From Phoronis australis (Eukaryota > Animalia > Phoronida), in NCBI GenBank assembly GCA_002633005.1, contig NMRA01000001.1, forward strand, positions 4,209,180 through 4,273,179: 64,000 bases of DNA. Direction: 5' to 3'. The notes beneath the pieces are model-generated. The model searched no databases and was not told the origin of the DNA. It was given only the letters and a program-made list of their open reading frames with translations. A program made the translations under genes and the position numbers. Numbering within the stretch: the stretch's first letter is position 1; each line of letters opens with the position of its first letter. Shown one piece after another: positions 26,101 to 38,718 of this stretch.

Positions 26101-29100
26101 ACCTTGTCAAAAAAACAAACACAATGACCACTAGGGAATGCTGCAATAGATGAATTTGACAAAAATTGACTTGACTGTGCTGGCACATTGCAGTCACATC
26201 TCCCTATCTTAAGTTTCATTAATTAAAAATTTGTCCATCAGTTCTCTAGATATCACCCGAAAATGCACATCCTCATAAAACAATGAAAAGCAATGTCCCA
26301 GGACCCAGGGCAGGTGCAGATTGAAAAGAGGCTTGCACCACATCACGCCCTATACTCTTCTGGAAAATTGCATCAAAACACGTTTCCACTTTGTGTCTAT
26401 ATTGGTCAATCTCATGATCATATTTATTTATGTTCTCACCCTGTGTCTATATTGCTCTATCTCATGTTCACACTCCTTCCTCACTGTTGCCCGTTCTTGC
26501 TTTATCTTCTCCGTCTGCTCTGACACCAACTGTTCAAATCTCGTTCTCATCTTCTCAAGTTCATTACTCAGTTGTTCTTTCTGAACCAACACCTGATGAA
26601 AGAGATAAACATCCGTGACAAATATGCTGATAAAAAAGTGATGTGGAAACATCCATGGTGGCATACAAGTGGTGTAAAATGGTGAAAGAATGAAAACAAC
26701 AGTGTGCAAAAATAGTGAACTAAATTGTGGATACAGTTAAAACCATTTTTATATAGCAATGCAATAACTTCATTATTTAACATCGAAATACTGTAGAACA
26801 GTAAAAAAATAAAATGATCACTAAGGGGCACAGCTCGCGATAGTCAACTCCAATCAAAAGGCGTCATGATCCGTTGTCAAATTCAAAACAAAACAAAACA
26901 TTTCTCAATTTTCACAAAGATCCTGAAAGAGTTTCAAGGAGATACAGTTGCAGACGCAAAAACAAAATTGCCACTAGGGTGCACCACACTAATGAGCTCA
27001 AACAGCATGTCACTTTTTAAAACAAATTGACTAAAATGACAAATACACAAGAAATTGCATTAGTAGAAAAACAGATTTCGTGACACGTTATATTCACATA
27101 ATATTCACCTGACTTTCTCATGTATTTAATAAAATTACATCACCTAAATTTTTGTGACATAACAATTCTCTGTAACTGTCATCAATGCTCGAATGCTTAG
27201 AGCATGGTTTAGGATGAAAGCTTCATAGAAAACCTGCTAAATCAATTCCACTTTGAGCAAGTTAACTTGGCAGGAGTGGGATAAGACTGCCAACCTCCAA
27301 CCATATGTCTTTGGCAAAAAACACAACTGTTGAATGTTTACAAATTTATGTGAGAGGTGCTAAACTGAGTAATTAGAAAAAGTGACAAAATCTCTTTTGA
27401 CTGAATCACTAAAACATGTATCTTTTAAAGTAACCTGTTCTGAATTACACTGGCGTGACAGCCACTGACCTTAGTCTTCTCAAGCTCTGCCTCTTCAACC
27501 AGCTCAAGACTTTGTTTCACTTGTAAACAAGCCTCCTCCTCACGTTGCTGCATATTCTCCAAATTCACTTTGATGTGAGTCAAAATGCTCATCAACTCAT
27601 CACGTTCCCTAGGTTTAAATTTATTACTTAGCACATTCATCAGGCTTACTTTTCTTTAAGAGAATGCTCAAAAGGTGTTTATCACATGCCTTCAGGTCTT
27701 GGTACTGAGGTTCACTCACAGAACAATTGCTAGATGGCACTGCATAAAGTAATTTTAAGTGAGTATACATTTATTAGACACTCTGGTTTCTGTGCTGACT
27801 GCCTGGAGTATTTGGTATGCATACATGTATTATTTGTTTTTAGTGCACAACCTAGTTAAATGTACTGCGCAACACGATGCAAGTGTGGTCATGTCATAAT
27901 AACAATAGCACAACAGTTGACCAGGATTTGTAGTATCCAACATAGCCTCAGTACCACATCTAGACTCATCAGTCTGGTTACTATAACAACCTACGACTGT
28001 ACTTACTTCTCTAGTCTCTCCACCATACCCGAGCGTAGACCAGTGTTTGAAGCAGCCAACACAGCCTCATTCTGAGCACACTTGATGCAGACACCATTAG
28101 ACAGCCCATCCACAGCTAACACTACACTTGACTCCTGCTGGCGAAGTCTGACTCGCAGTTCATCAACTAGATCTTCCCGCTTCTTCAGCTCATCTCTGTA
28201 GTTAATCAAAACATTTTCAATTACTAATATTAAGCAGAAAGACCAATCTTAAGTTCTAAAAATAAATTAGTAGTCACAAATTTTCAGTGTATTTGACTTT
28301 CTCTTTGACTAAAACGGTGATCACTTTTCCTAAATTTATTTTATAACAAGACCATCGCTAATGGCAAAGATATAAGGCTTCTCATTTTTTCAAATATTTT
28401 CAGTTATTCAGATCTAACCAAAATCAACATCAGATGTTCTCTCCTGATTAGGTCAACATTCATGAGGATCCAATGGAGAACTTGGTAGGTATAAATACAA
28501 ATAGAGAGGCAGACATCAAATCTGTCCGAAAATGTAAAGGCGTTGTCGTCTCCTAAATAGAAACCTGTTTGCGAAATTTCATGAATATACATTTTATGAA
28601 CTATGAAGATACAGAGGTAAACGTAAAAGAACATTTTGCCACTAGGGGGCATAAAATTATGTCATTTTCTCTTTAATAAAATTTATTTTGCTAAAATTCA
28701 TGCATAGTATATAGGACAACACAGGTGGGGTATGTAAAACGAAAGATTGTAATAGAATATGACAGCCAGAGTATATAGGATAACATAGATTACTTAAAAC
28801 AGACAGTATATATTAAAACATATTGTTTATTATCATGTAACAAATATAAATGTACTCACTTAACGTAAGACAGTTGGGCTTCAAGTCTCTCGTTGGTTGC
28901 TTTATGTAACGAGCGAATCCTCTCCTAAATCAAGCACGTCAAAACCATTACGCACATGTCACTAACTAATTTTCAGTTAATACTACACCACGCCGCAATG
29001 GTGCATAATTCATTCATAAGGAGCAATGGGAGGGCAAGCATAATGATATGGTCAGGAAGATAATGATAGTAATACTAAATAGTGATATAGTCAAGAAGAT

Positions 29101-32100
29101 GAAGATAAGGATAGTGATATAGTGAGGAAGATTGTAATAGTGATAGTGATATGGAAACAAAGGTCGCAGTAGGGATAGTGATACAATAAAGAAGATTAAG
29201 ATATGTATAGTGACATAGTGAGGATGATTATGTTAGGGATAGTGATATAGTCAAGAAGGTCAAGATAAGGATAGTGATATAGTTAGGATGGTACAGATAG
29301 GGAAAGTGCAATAGTTGAGAAGATTATGATAAGGATACTGGCATAGTGAGGTAGATAAGACCATTTCTTGTAATAATTTCCACATTCATTTAAAAGTGCT
29401 CAAGTTGATACAATCTGGAAATGATATTGGACCTCATGCTCTTGTAAGAGAGCCAGTGGAATTCACATTGTTGCAAGCTTGACAAGTATCTACACTCATA
29501 AAGCAGGGTGAACAGTTGAGAACTGTACGAGGACATGTTCAAACACTTCTTGCCCATGCTACTTAGCAGCTCAAACTGTACATTTTACAGTTGTTTTTAA
29601 AAAGTTGATGAAACTTCTTCGTGTCAAAATATTGGTATAAAAGTTTTCATCTGTTTACTTTCTGATTTTAAAGATAATTCTATTCTGAATTTCTGCATAT
29701 TGCCGTTTTCATTCTTGGCTGTTTTCTGCCTGATCCCTCCCCCTCTGACATCATAAAGGACTGCATGATTGTTTCCGAAATTGTGGAAAGAGGGCATCTT
29801 ATTCAAACAGAGACACAGTCTTCGAGAAATACATAAAAAGGTCATTTAATAAGTGCAAATTCTAACACCTTGCTCTGCACATACTACATACCAGCTCGTA
29901 TCGCATGTTTTCTTTCTTGCCAGCTTGGTTTAAAGAATCTTTTGAGTAAAGCTTATTGGGAGAGTTCTGGAACAAAATAGGATTGGAAGTGCAAATTAAA
30001 TTTACTATCAAATATTTCAATCTCCAATCTTTTCAGTTTGCCAGTATTGACTGGAAGACTATTGACATTATTGTCACTATTGAGACAAAGCAAGTCAAAT
30101 TTTTGTCAGATTGCAAAATTAAATGTTTTGACAGATAACACAGTCCGTCACTGTGGAAACAACTGTCAACAATATTTAAATTACAGTTTTAGAAAAGTCG
30201 GGTGACAGAACGTTTCGTGTTGCTGGTTCGAAGCAATTAAATGGTCCGTTAAAGACAATGGTAGAGTCTCTTGACTTCTCAAAATGAGTAATGGGAAAAT
30301 ATTATCCTGCCTGAAGGCTAACCATAAGTACTTTGTCATCTAGATCCACAGCAATTTGTCTTTGTGCACACTCAAATTGTCCACAATCTCAGAACTGTAA
30401 CATTTAGAGTGAAGTACTCGCAGCCCATATTGTCACAATTTTTGTGCATTACAATCCCAAATTGTCACAATTTCTGCATGCAACAATTAAGCCCTCTCCC
30501 ATAGCTCAGGCCCAAATTGCCACAACAGCTTAAGTTGTGTCAGCAAAATATTGAACAGCAGACTCAAAAGCACAGTGCCACCACACATGGACCATATTGA
30601 GTCCTTAGAATGGTGCATTGCCTACAGCAGAATTCTGCATGAGTTAAACTTTGACCAACCTCAAGAATATATGTTTCCACAAATTCGACCCTACTTTTAA
30701 CATCTGGGTAGGAAAGGAGGCAAAACATTTTTTTCGTAATTTGTATTTTTAGTCAGTTTTGCCATCATGTCCATAAATGCTCCAACGATCACCAAGTGAT
30801 CCTCAACACAAAACCTAGGTACTTAAACAGGTAACAGTTTAATTTTTATTCAGGGATGCCATTGGAATTTAATTCTCTCTTCAACATGTTCAAGCAGTCA
30901 TCTGCATTGGCTGCTGCCATCTTTCAGTCTGTGGAGCATTTCTGGAAATTTACGCCTACCACAAACTATATCAACATATATTTTATACTTGGTACGTAAT
31001 CGGCATCTGCAACAATCACCATGATTAACAAGGGTCAAAAACTCTTGTTGTCTGTTAAGACAGCTCCAACTGATCGTGGCCAAGGATCCATCACTCCTGA
31101 GTAGTTGTTATTTTCAGTTTGTACCCACAGCTTGTTTTTCTTGGAGTTTCTATTGTTTTTCACCAATGAGCCACACATTAATAAACTTGACTTCAGGATT
31201 TATATTGCCATCCCTCGATGCACAATGTCCTTCACAGTACAACCACTGCACAGGAAGTGAGTGGTGTGCAACATTGTTGTTATGGCAGCAAGTAGAACGA
31301 ATGCTTCTCCAAGACACATCTATGAATGCTGGCAGTAAGCAGCATCTAATTCAGATGCCCAATCTGCTTTCTTCCACAAAATCCTACATGAACACTGCAA
31401 CATGCTACAGATAATGAGCAGTGAATGAATTATAAAATACGTCGAACATAACACAACAACACAATAATTAGTCATGCAAAAAGCAAGCCACTAAGCCATT
31501 ACTAGATGAACTGTACACCAATGGAAGTTATAGCACAACTTACGTACCGGTGGTGATATGTCATACACGACATCATCAACGACTGTCTTCTTCAACTGTT
31601 CATGTAACCCACCATTCTCATCCACTACTTCTAACACCATGGATTTAAGAGCACTCAACTCATCCTGAAATGAATTGTTAGGATAGTACTTTGCCATCTT
31701 GTAGATGAATTCAATCAAAAACAATAAGGTTGTGTGTAAATGTCATGGCGATTGGATAAGAAATGCGACCTGTAGTGTGCAAACAAAGGAACAAAAAAAT
31801 TATGACTAAGTAACATACTTGGTCTGTCACGCAATAAAAAAAAGCAATGCGGCCCATTGATATGCACCCATCAATGTGCACCGCATGTAGGGCAGATAGA
31901 ATAGATGATCATTACTCAGTGTTCTGATTCATCAAGAAGCTTTGAGGATTGAACCACACGAAAATAGACACAAGAACAGCATTGAAATGCTTCAATAATA
32001 ATCAGGAAATGGTAAAACGACCACAAAAAATATTCCTTCCTACTAAATATATTAAGGATCTGACAAAGGATGACATTTGAACATTAAACTTCCAAGTTAA

Positions 32101-35100
32101 CAGTTTTTGACCAAATTGGTGATCAAACTGCCCAATGTCCACTAACACTGACCTTCTGAGGTTAAAGTTGAGCCAACCATTGCCCTATAGTAAAGTTACC
32201 TGGCAACATTTGTTTTCACCCTCCAGTTGTTGAATGTAACTCGCTTGTGACTGCAACAAATACATCAAATCCTCCACAGGAGGAATGTCAGCTCTCAAAG
32301 GTCCGGTCACTCCAGTCATCAGTCGCTGAGAAAGATTGAACAAATACGATAATGACCTGACAAATAAGGTTTCAAAAATGACTAAAATGAGTTCAAAAGC
32401 AATAACACACGTGGCCACCCTGTGCAAAGGTGTGGCCAGTGTCAATCACAAGTGTGAAGCTCTCTTAGGCACCACCTAATTTCCAAGAAATTGAAAACAT
32501 GGACATAATTCTCACCCATTTAGGACACACTATGACAGACAATTTTGTTCTTTCGAATCTCATAAAGTATAAACAGCACCAAACAATTACTTCATCATTT
32601 CAAAGGCTACCATCAGACAAGGGTTTGAGAGGTTAGAAGCATTCGCAGCAATGTTTGCCTTTCACCAAGAGCACCCACAGTGTACTGCAAATGGTCTGTT
32701 TCTAGGGGTGCTTATCAATATCATGTAATGTACACAGGAAGACAAACATTTTGACCACAAGAGGTAGCTGCAATAGTCCAAATTTCCAAAGTGTTGGCAC
32801 CTCAGCTTTTAAAACAAACATCAAATGAAAAAAAATTCAAAGAAGTTGTCAAAATATGCAATAAAGAAATAAAACATGCCACAAAGGGACGCAGTATTAG
32901 GCATGCAAGAATTGGCAGGTCTAATGTACATCTTTTCATAAGGAAGACTCATGAGGTTTGGCAGACACAAAGATAGAGTGACACAAAACATAAGGGGCAT
33001 CAACAATAGTTGAAATATGCTCCAAACTAGTAGTTGCCATCATCTCCAAAATGGAACGTCAACTATGAGATGTTGCTGTCCTCAAATCTGCCCGAAAATC
33101 AACTGATGCAGATTGAAAAGTGACATGCATCACAATAATGATGCCCTACACCCTTCCATCAAAATACACCACATACCCCTTAGTTCCGTTGAAATCCATC
33201 CAATCGGTTCTCTTCCTGAAAAGCTTTCCCCCAAAACACTGAAAAGTCCTGCACCTCTGGCCTTGGGCTTGTTACTGTAATGAGCTTTACGCCAGAAGGT
33301 GGTTTTGGTTTAAAAAATTCTTGTGCTGACCTCGTGGTTTATTAGTTCCTGAGATATAATGAACAACAATAGCACCCAGAGCTGGTTTTGCTGCATATGA
33401 CTTTTGAAAAGTGGCAGTGAAACATTTTATGGATACTTGTGAACCTTTGAAGGGTCAATGAGGAATTTGCACTCGCTAACCTTGTGCCTGAAGTCAACAA
33501 AGCCCGGGGAATGGCCGTCTGCTTGTTCAACTTGTGATAACATTCCACGGAGACGATCCACAGCCAGTTTGTAGGAAGTGTCACTATAGGAATGACCCGA
33601 CCAACTTTGACCTCTGTCATGTGATCGATGTCGACGCTTGGAGTCACTGAGACGAGGAGAAGTCTTGCGGTGTTGGACTGACTGACCCTTCAAGGAATCT
33701 TTAAGAGATCCCATGGAAGTTGTGGCACGCTCTGTGAATACAATAAGTTCAGGAAATATTTAGTAAGAACACTCACCAATACCCAGTAGGATTCAGCGAT
33801 GTATACCCGCCTTCGTATTACATCTAACAGACACCTGGCATGTTTTTGTATTGGTCTTTGGAAATAAGATTGAAGGACCAAACATTGAAATAAAATTTGA
33901 AAGAATCTAGCCAAAACCAACACATTGACAGCTGTGCTAGAAGCATGGTGCCCAAACAAATACTCTCATAATCAAACTTTTTTCCAACAGTCCTTCCTTC
34001 AGCTGCCCAAATCGGCAACTGTGCATTTTTACACTGCTCGCACCAGAAGATATAATGTAACTTTTAAAACTGGCCAGTTGCCGATTTTCACAACTGAAGG
34101 AAGGACTGTTCGAAAAAAGTTTAGTAACGGGAGTATAAATTTGTTGAAATGAATTAAAGACATCAACCGCCTCCTAAGGTGCCTTTCTGTGCAAAAGATG
34201 GTTATACCAGCAGGATTTTGATGATTTAATGAGTGTGAAGTAAAATTCGCCAAAAAGCTGATGGCGTATGGAGGGCCTATTGTCTATGTCATGGGAAGAC
34301 CACAGTCTCTACAGCGACTAGGCAAACACATTGCCCTGTAATGTCGCACGCATACAGGGACAATAGTACACCCCCATAAAAAGTTACTCATCTCAAAATA
34401 CAGCGAATTAAATCGAATGAAACATGGAAACATAATTTTCACCTACCATGAATCTGGGGACAATTTAGTCAATATAATTTGAACATATCCATGAAAACCT
34501 GCTCAAGCTTCCCTCACCCGGTGAGGGCCTCACTGGGTGTCATTTTACGTGACATTACGCCTGTTGACGAACAAAAAGTCCAAAGGATACAAATCTTAAA
34601 ATTACACCCAAAATATTATCATAATATTCTGCAAGTGTCATGCACCAGCATCACGTGCTTCACTCAGTCACGTGCTTGCCTAACTCACGTGACATCAGTT
34701 GAAATATTTTGTGGATATCGTGGGTGGTGAAAAAGTTAACAGCGACCAAAAAGTATTCCCATAAACATGCTTCATCAAATATATGTATAGAATAAGAAAG
34801 GATCGCTGAAGAAAGCAAGCACTCTTTAAGATATAATTTTACGGGTAATAGTCGGATAAGTTGGTCCCATTTCAAATTCTGTCAGGAATACTTAAAAAAT
34901 AAAATGAAGTGTCGCAATATACAATTACCCACTCTTATGGATCACGCGCGCCACTCTACTCACACTTTTTCGTGAAATCTACAACATTTGAGAAGATACG
35001 CGACAAATTATGTTCGCCTCCCGAGCGTTTTTCCTCGATCCAAGATGTCCGCCAATGAACTCACGTTCGCGAGAGGACCGGCGTTGTTCTCGCGAACGGG

Positions 35101-36113
35101 GTCACGTTCGCGAGAGAACACGTGTTGTCTTCTCGCAAACGCAAACTAACTAACGTTCGCAAGAGTCCAAAAATGAACCCAATGAGAAAACGCAAAACTC
35201 CAACTTAGTTAAAAGAGATTTTTAAAAAAGGTTTTGTCGTTTCACCCGCTGATGACGTCATACCCCACTGTGCCAGGGTAGCATANAGGGACAATAGTAC
35301 ACCCCCATAAAAAGTTTCTCATCTCAAAATACAGCGAATTAAATCGAATGAAACATGGAAACATAATTTTCACCTACCATGAATCTGGAGACAATTTAGT
35401 CAACATAATTTGAACATATCCATGAAAACCTGCTCAAGCTTCCCTCACCCGGTGAGGGCCTCACTGAGTGTCATTTTACGTGACATTACGCCTGTTGACG
35501 AACAAAAAGTCCAAAGGATACAAAATATTCCCATAATATTCTGCAAGTGTCATGCACCAGCATCACGTGCTTCACTCAGTCATGTGCTTGCCTAACTCAC
35601 GTGACATCAGTTGAAATACTTTATGGATATCGTGGGCGGTGAAAAAGTTAACAGCGACCAAAAAGTATTCCCATAAACATGCTTCTTCAAATATATGTAT
35701 ATTGTATAGAATAAGAAAGGATCGCTGAAGAAAGCAAGCACTTTTTAAGAGATAAATTTTACATGTAAAATATATTTTTGACAAGGTGAAAAACCTCTAG
35801 TATTTGGTGAGCCGATTTAGCAAAGTAAACGAGGTGAAATTAGTACCAATAGAGACGGGGAGGATTGTAGCCTATAGGCAGGTAGCCAAGGGGTTACTTG
35901 TTGGCTATATTAGTACTGGCTATACTGTTACAGAGCCTGCGCCTGCGGCTACTGACTACTGTCTTGAGTTGAGAGGGTGGTACTTGGTGGACAATTAGCG
36001 ACATCAGGGTCACAGATGAATGATGTCTACACTTCCATCAGTTCATACAAACCTCTAACAGATTTAAAAAACTGACTGACAGGCTCCTTTGGGTTTTCGT
36101 CAAACTTGTCCAT
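20158..36113 (-). CDS. SDCCAG8: Serologically defined colon cancer antigen 8 (centrosomal/ciliary coiled-coil protein), complete 16-exon CDS of 2163 nt / 720 aa
   Basis: Minus-strand exons: 36113-36053, 33731-33481, 32325-32200, 31664-31548, 29966-29892, 28924-28860, 28195-28007, 27608-27470, 26592-26440, 25465-25331, 25040-24924, 24493-24365, 23131-22999, 21626-21509, 21093-20919, 20337-20158. All are GT-AG with consistent phases and no internal stops. Motifs GVCIKCAQNEAVL, ERDELMSIL...QQREEEACLQVKQ...EEAELEKTK, QASYIQQLEGE and LVKHGQVQERLRQQL match recalled human SDCCAG8 (GLCLKCAQHEAVL, ERDDLMSAL, QSQYIHHLEAE, CVQHGRVHETMKQRL). Confidence 0.93.
20480..20760. repeat. 25-bp minisatellite in the last SDCCAG8 intron
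   Basis: Unit GGTCATCAGTTTGATGGTGTTCTGT, about 11 copies. Confidence 0.9.
22735..23018. repeat. Tandem repeat (alternating ~52/61-bp units) overlapping the SDCCAG8 exon-13 donor
   Basis: CTGCTAGGTTCAGTATGATATCAAATGATACT is repeated. Alternate units end in TATGCTTCATCTCCACACT, which is the exon's 3' end. Confidence 0.85.
25630..26400. repeat. Dispersed repeat; a second copy in the same orientation lies at ~32750-33200
   Basis: TTGACCAAAAGAGGTAGCTGCATAGTC...CAATAAAGAAATAAGACATGCCACAAAGGG aligns with TTGACCACAAGAGGTAGCTGCAATAGTC...CAATAAAGAAATAAAACATGCCACAAAGGG. Similarity continues through GCCATC...AAAATGGAACG and GCAGATTGAAAAG. Confidence 0.7.
29040..29360. repeat. Degenerate ~30-bp purine-rich minisatellite
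   Basis: Unit approximately GATAGTGATATAGTGAGGAAGATTATGATAAG. Confidence 0.8.
33961..34135. mobile_element. Tc1/mariner-type (Stowaway-like) MITE in SDCCAG8 intron 1
   Basis: ~60-bp inverted repeats: TACTCTCATAATCAAACTTTTTTCCAACAGTCCTTCCTTCAG...AATCGGCAACTG versus CAGTTGCCGATT...CTGAAGGAAGGACTGTTCGAAAAAAGTTTAGTAACGGGAGTA, with TA at both ends. Confidence 0.75.
34350..35762. repeat. Two near-identical ~480-bp direct repeats (34350-34842 and 35281-35762) flanking a CpG-rich core
   Basis: Near-identical text GCATA.AGGGACAATAGTACACCCCCATAAAAAG...GAAAGCAAGCACT in both copies; the duplicated ORFs 34479 and 35410 reflect this. A single N at 35286 lies at the start of copy 2. Confidence 0.85.
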
Positions 36114-36304
36114 GGCCAAGTCCTCGACAAAAAGCAGTCAGCAGCTCAGTTCAAAATTCGTGCCTACCGGAAGTTTACAAGTCAACCACACACACTGCGC
36201 ATGCTTCTTCGTGTGTCACAAGGTAGCGCAGTTTTGTATGGAACGTCAGGCTGTCAGCGACCAACTGTATAAAGTAGAAAACGACGTCCAACTAGCCGAT
36301 TAAG
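36114..36304. promoter_or_regulatory. Bidirectional promoter / first exons shared by SDCCAG8 (-) and CEP170 (+)
   Basis: SDCCAG8 ATG at 36113 (gccATGg context). ETS/GABPA site ACCGGAAGT at 36166-36174 and NRF1-like CTGCGCATGC at 36195-36204. A strong plus-strand donor AAG|GTGAGT at 36304/36305 fits a non-coding first exon of CEP170. Confidence 0.7.
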
Positions 36305-38484
36305 GTGAGTCACATATCCCAGAAAATTACCAAGGCAATTCAGACTTGCTAGGTGTCAAAGCGTCATTCGTTTAAAATTATATTTATGGATAAATTTGTC
36401 CTGCGCGAACTTCTACTTGTATTGGAAAAACAAACACTAACCATCTCGAGGGCAGGCCTCACAAGTATTCAGTAGGCAGTAGGCGGTGTACGTTAAATGT
36501 TTTTTTACTACTTAAGGTTTTTGGCAAATTATGCTTAAACCTGGCTAAACTATCAAAGTTACTTTTCAATATGTACATATCGAGTGTAGATGGGCACTTT
36601 TGGCAGTTGGGATCTTTTTAAGTCCTTCCAACTGGATCATATACTCTCGCAATCAACAACATTAATTTCACCTTGGAATAGTCCTTTTCCATCACCGAAA
36701 TCGTGAACTGGTCATCTATTAGCATTGCTTGTGTCAGTGTTTGTGCACTTGTCAACATAATTTCACTCTTTTATCAAGCCGAAGGTCAGAGGTGGCAGTC
36801 CTAGAGTTAAACTTTGAAATCTTAGTTAAGGTCCCCGCCCACTGTGGATTAGAACCAAGAACCTGTAACTTGTAAGGTAATCATAATGGGGCTATGTGTT
36901 ATCTATCAACAACCAGTCTACACTTGGTGAATGTCAGTGGTGAGTGTCGCCGTGCAGTTGAGAAAAGATAGTTACACTTAAACTTTATGTCGAGGATGAG
37001 TTGTGGAGACTCAAACGTAAACATCTCAAACACATCTGAATTTGTTTTTTGAAACATTTATTTCATCATACTCTGAATCAGTACTTGACAGCTTGAACGT
37101 GCGCAGATCTACTCATGCCGTGGAACTGTTAACTCTGCAACGCGTCACTGCTTACACAGTCTTGCCATGTGATAATTAATAGTTGAGCTGCAATTCAAAT
37201 GCTGTGTGCTGCATTAATCCGACTAATCATCTACGCAATCTATTTGAATCAGCTTGAACATGGGCGACTAATCGCTGAATGGCACAGTACTATCACTCTG
37301 TAATTTTGTAAATTTATTTATCAAGCACTAACATATAGGTAGCAGAACAGTTATTGGCAAAATCTTCTATACTTAATGAACAGTTTTGATTCCGATTTGA
37401 CAACAGGCGGGAATATCATATGACCACTTCCGTGTTTGCTGTCACCAATGGCAATGAAATGAGGGAGTTTTCAAGCAATGATCTATTCTCTCAAATAGAC
37501 TCAGTTTTGATTGGGGATGTGAATATCAGTCTAAACTTTCATGTGATACCGTCTGTACAGTCAAGTTGTACTTGGATGGAAGTCTTGTTCAAACTTTGGT
37601 GTTTTGAATGGGTCACCACCCATGCTGATACTGAGTTCAGTTGTTTCTGACAAAGATATTTATCTTAATTTGTAAGTCCATATCTTTATGTTATCATAGG
37701 TCGTTAAGTGCGTGACCGGCTCAGTATAAACAGACCACTCAATGAAATGGTTCAGTGGTTTTTGTAAAATTTCTCAACCAATGGTATGAAGTGGCAGTTA
37801 GATATTTTTTCGAACAAAACTAACGGTGAACAGACACGACTAGAATAATCATTGAAGTTCGTGTACCTGGATAGTGTCTACATTATCACAGTCCAACAAT
37901 GTATCATTGAAATAAAGACACTTCAGTTTTGTGAATTGTCTGCACAAAGATAATTAATTGTCATGACAATCAACAATATTTATTTTAAAATGCAAACACT
38001 GATCCATTATTTGCGACTAGTTTGAAATATTACTGAGTACTAGTAATGACAATTAGGCTTTGGAATGGAGACATTGTCGATATTTGGAAGTCAACATTTG
38101 ATTGCCAGCTTTGACCTTCAGCCTGGTTATAAAGTTAAGGTCATGTTTGCGTGTGCACTGATGCAGCCACTGGAATAACGGCTAGTTCACGATTTCATTG
38201 ACGGAATGGAAGACTGATAAAAAATGTTGATTGCGGTAGTATTTATTTGAACTGGGAAGAGTTAAAGATATAAGCGGCTTCCTTAGGTGTCCCTTTTTAT
38301 GCAAAAGGTACTTAAAGCAACATGACTTTGATGGTTTAATCAGTGTGAGACATTTGCTGTAAAGCTTCTGGTGTATGGCAACCTAAATGGTATGACTACC
38401 GTCTGTGCCAGTTTTCCTGTCCTAGTTCATACAGTGGTTTTGTCTACTTCACCAGCTCAGATACTACGTTGTCTTTGGTAACAT

Positions 38485-38718
38485 GTCACACCCTAGTCAA
38501 TCATCTGACCAATAACAATCCCCATCACACCCTAGTCAATCATCCGACCAATAACAATCCTCATCACACCCTAGTCAATCATCCGACCAATAACAATCCC
38601 CATCACACCCTAGTCAATCATCCGACCAATAACAATCTCCATCATACCCTAGTCAATCATCCGACCAATAACAATCCTCATCACACCCTAGTCAATCATC
38701 AGACAATCTCTATCACAC
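38485..38718. repeat. 39-bp minisatellite in CEP170 intron 1
   Basis: Unit CATCACACCCTAGTCAATCATCCGACCAATAACAATCCY, ~6 copies; it produces the spurious HHTLVNHPTNNNP ORF. Confidence 0.92.

Noticed and set aside
29350-29620. Possible decayed 3' end of an L2/CR1 LINE on the minus strand (FHWL..., CINLSTFK)
   Set aside because: Too short and degenerate to call by eye.
33777-35060. Alternative first coding exons for SDCCAG8 (donors at 33776, 34928, 34963) or a start at Met 33714
   Set aside because: These have stops in the required phase. Exon 36113-36053 gives the correct phase and homology to the human N-terminus. They could still be non-coding alternative first exons.
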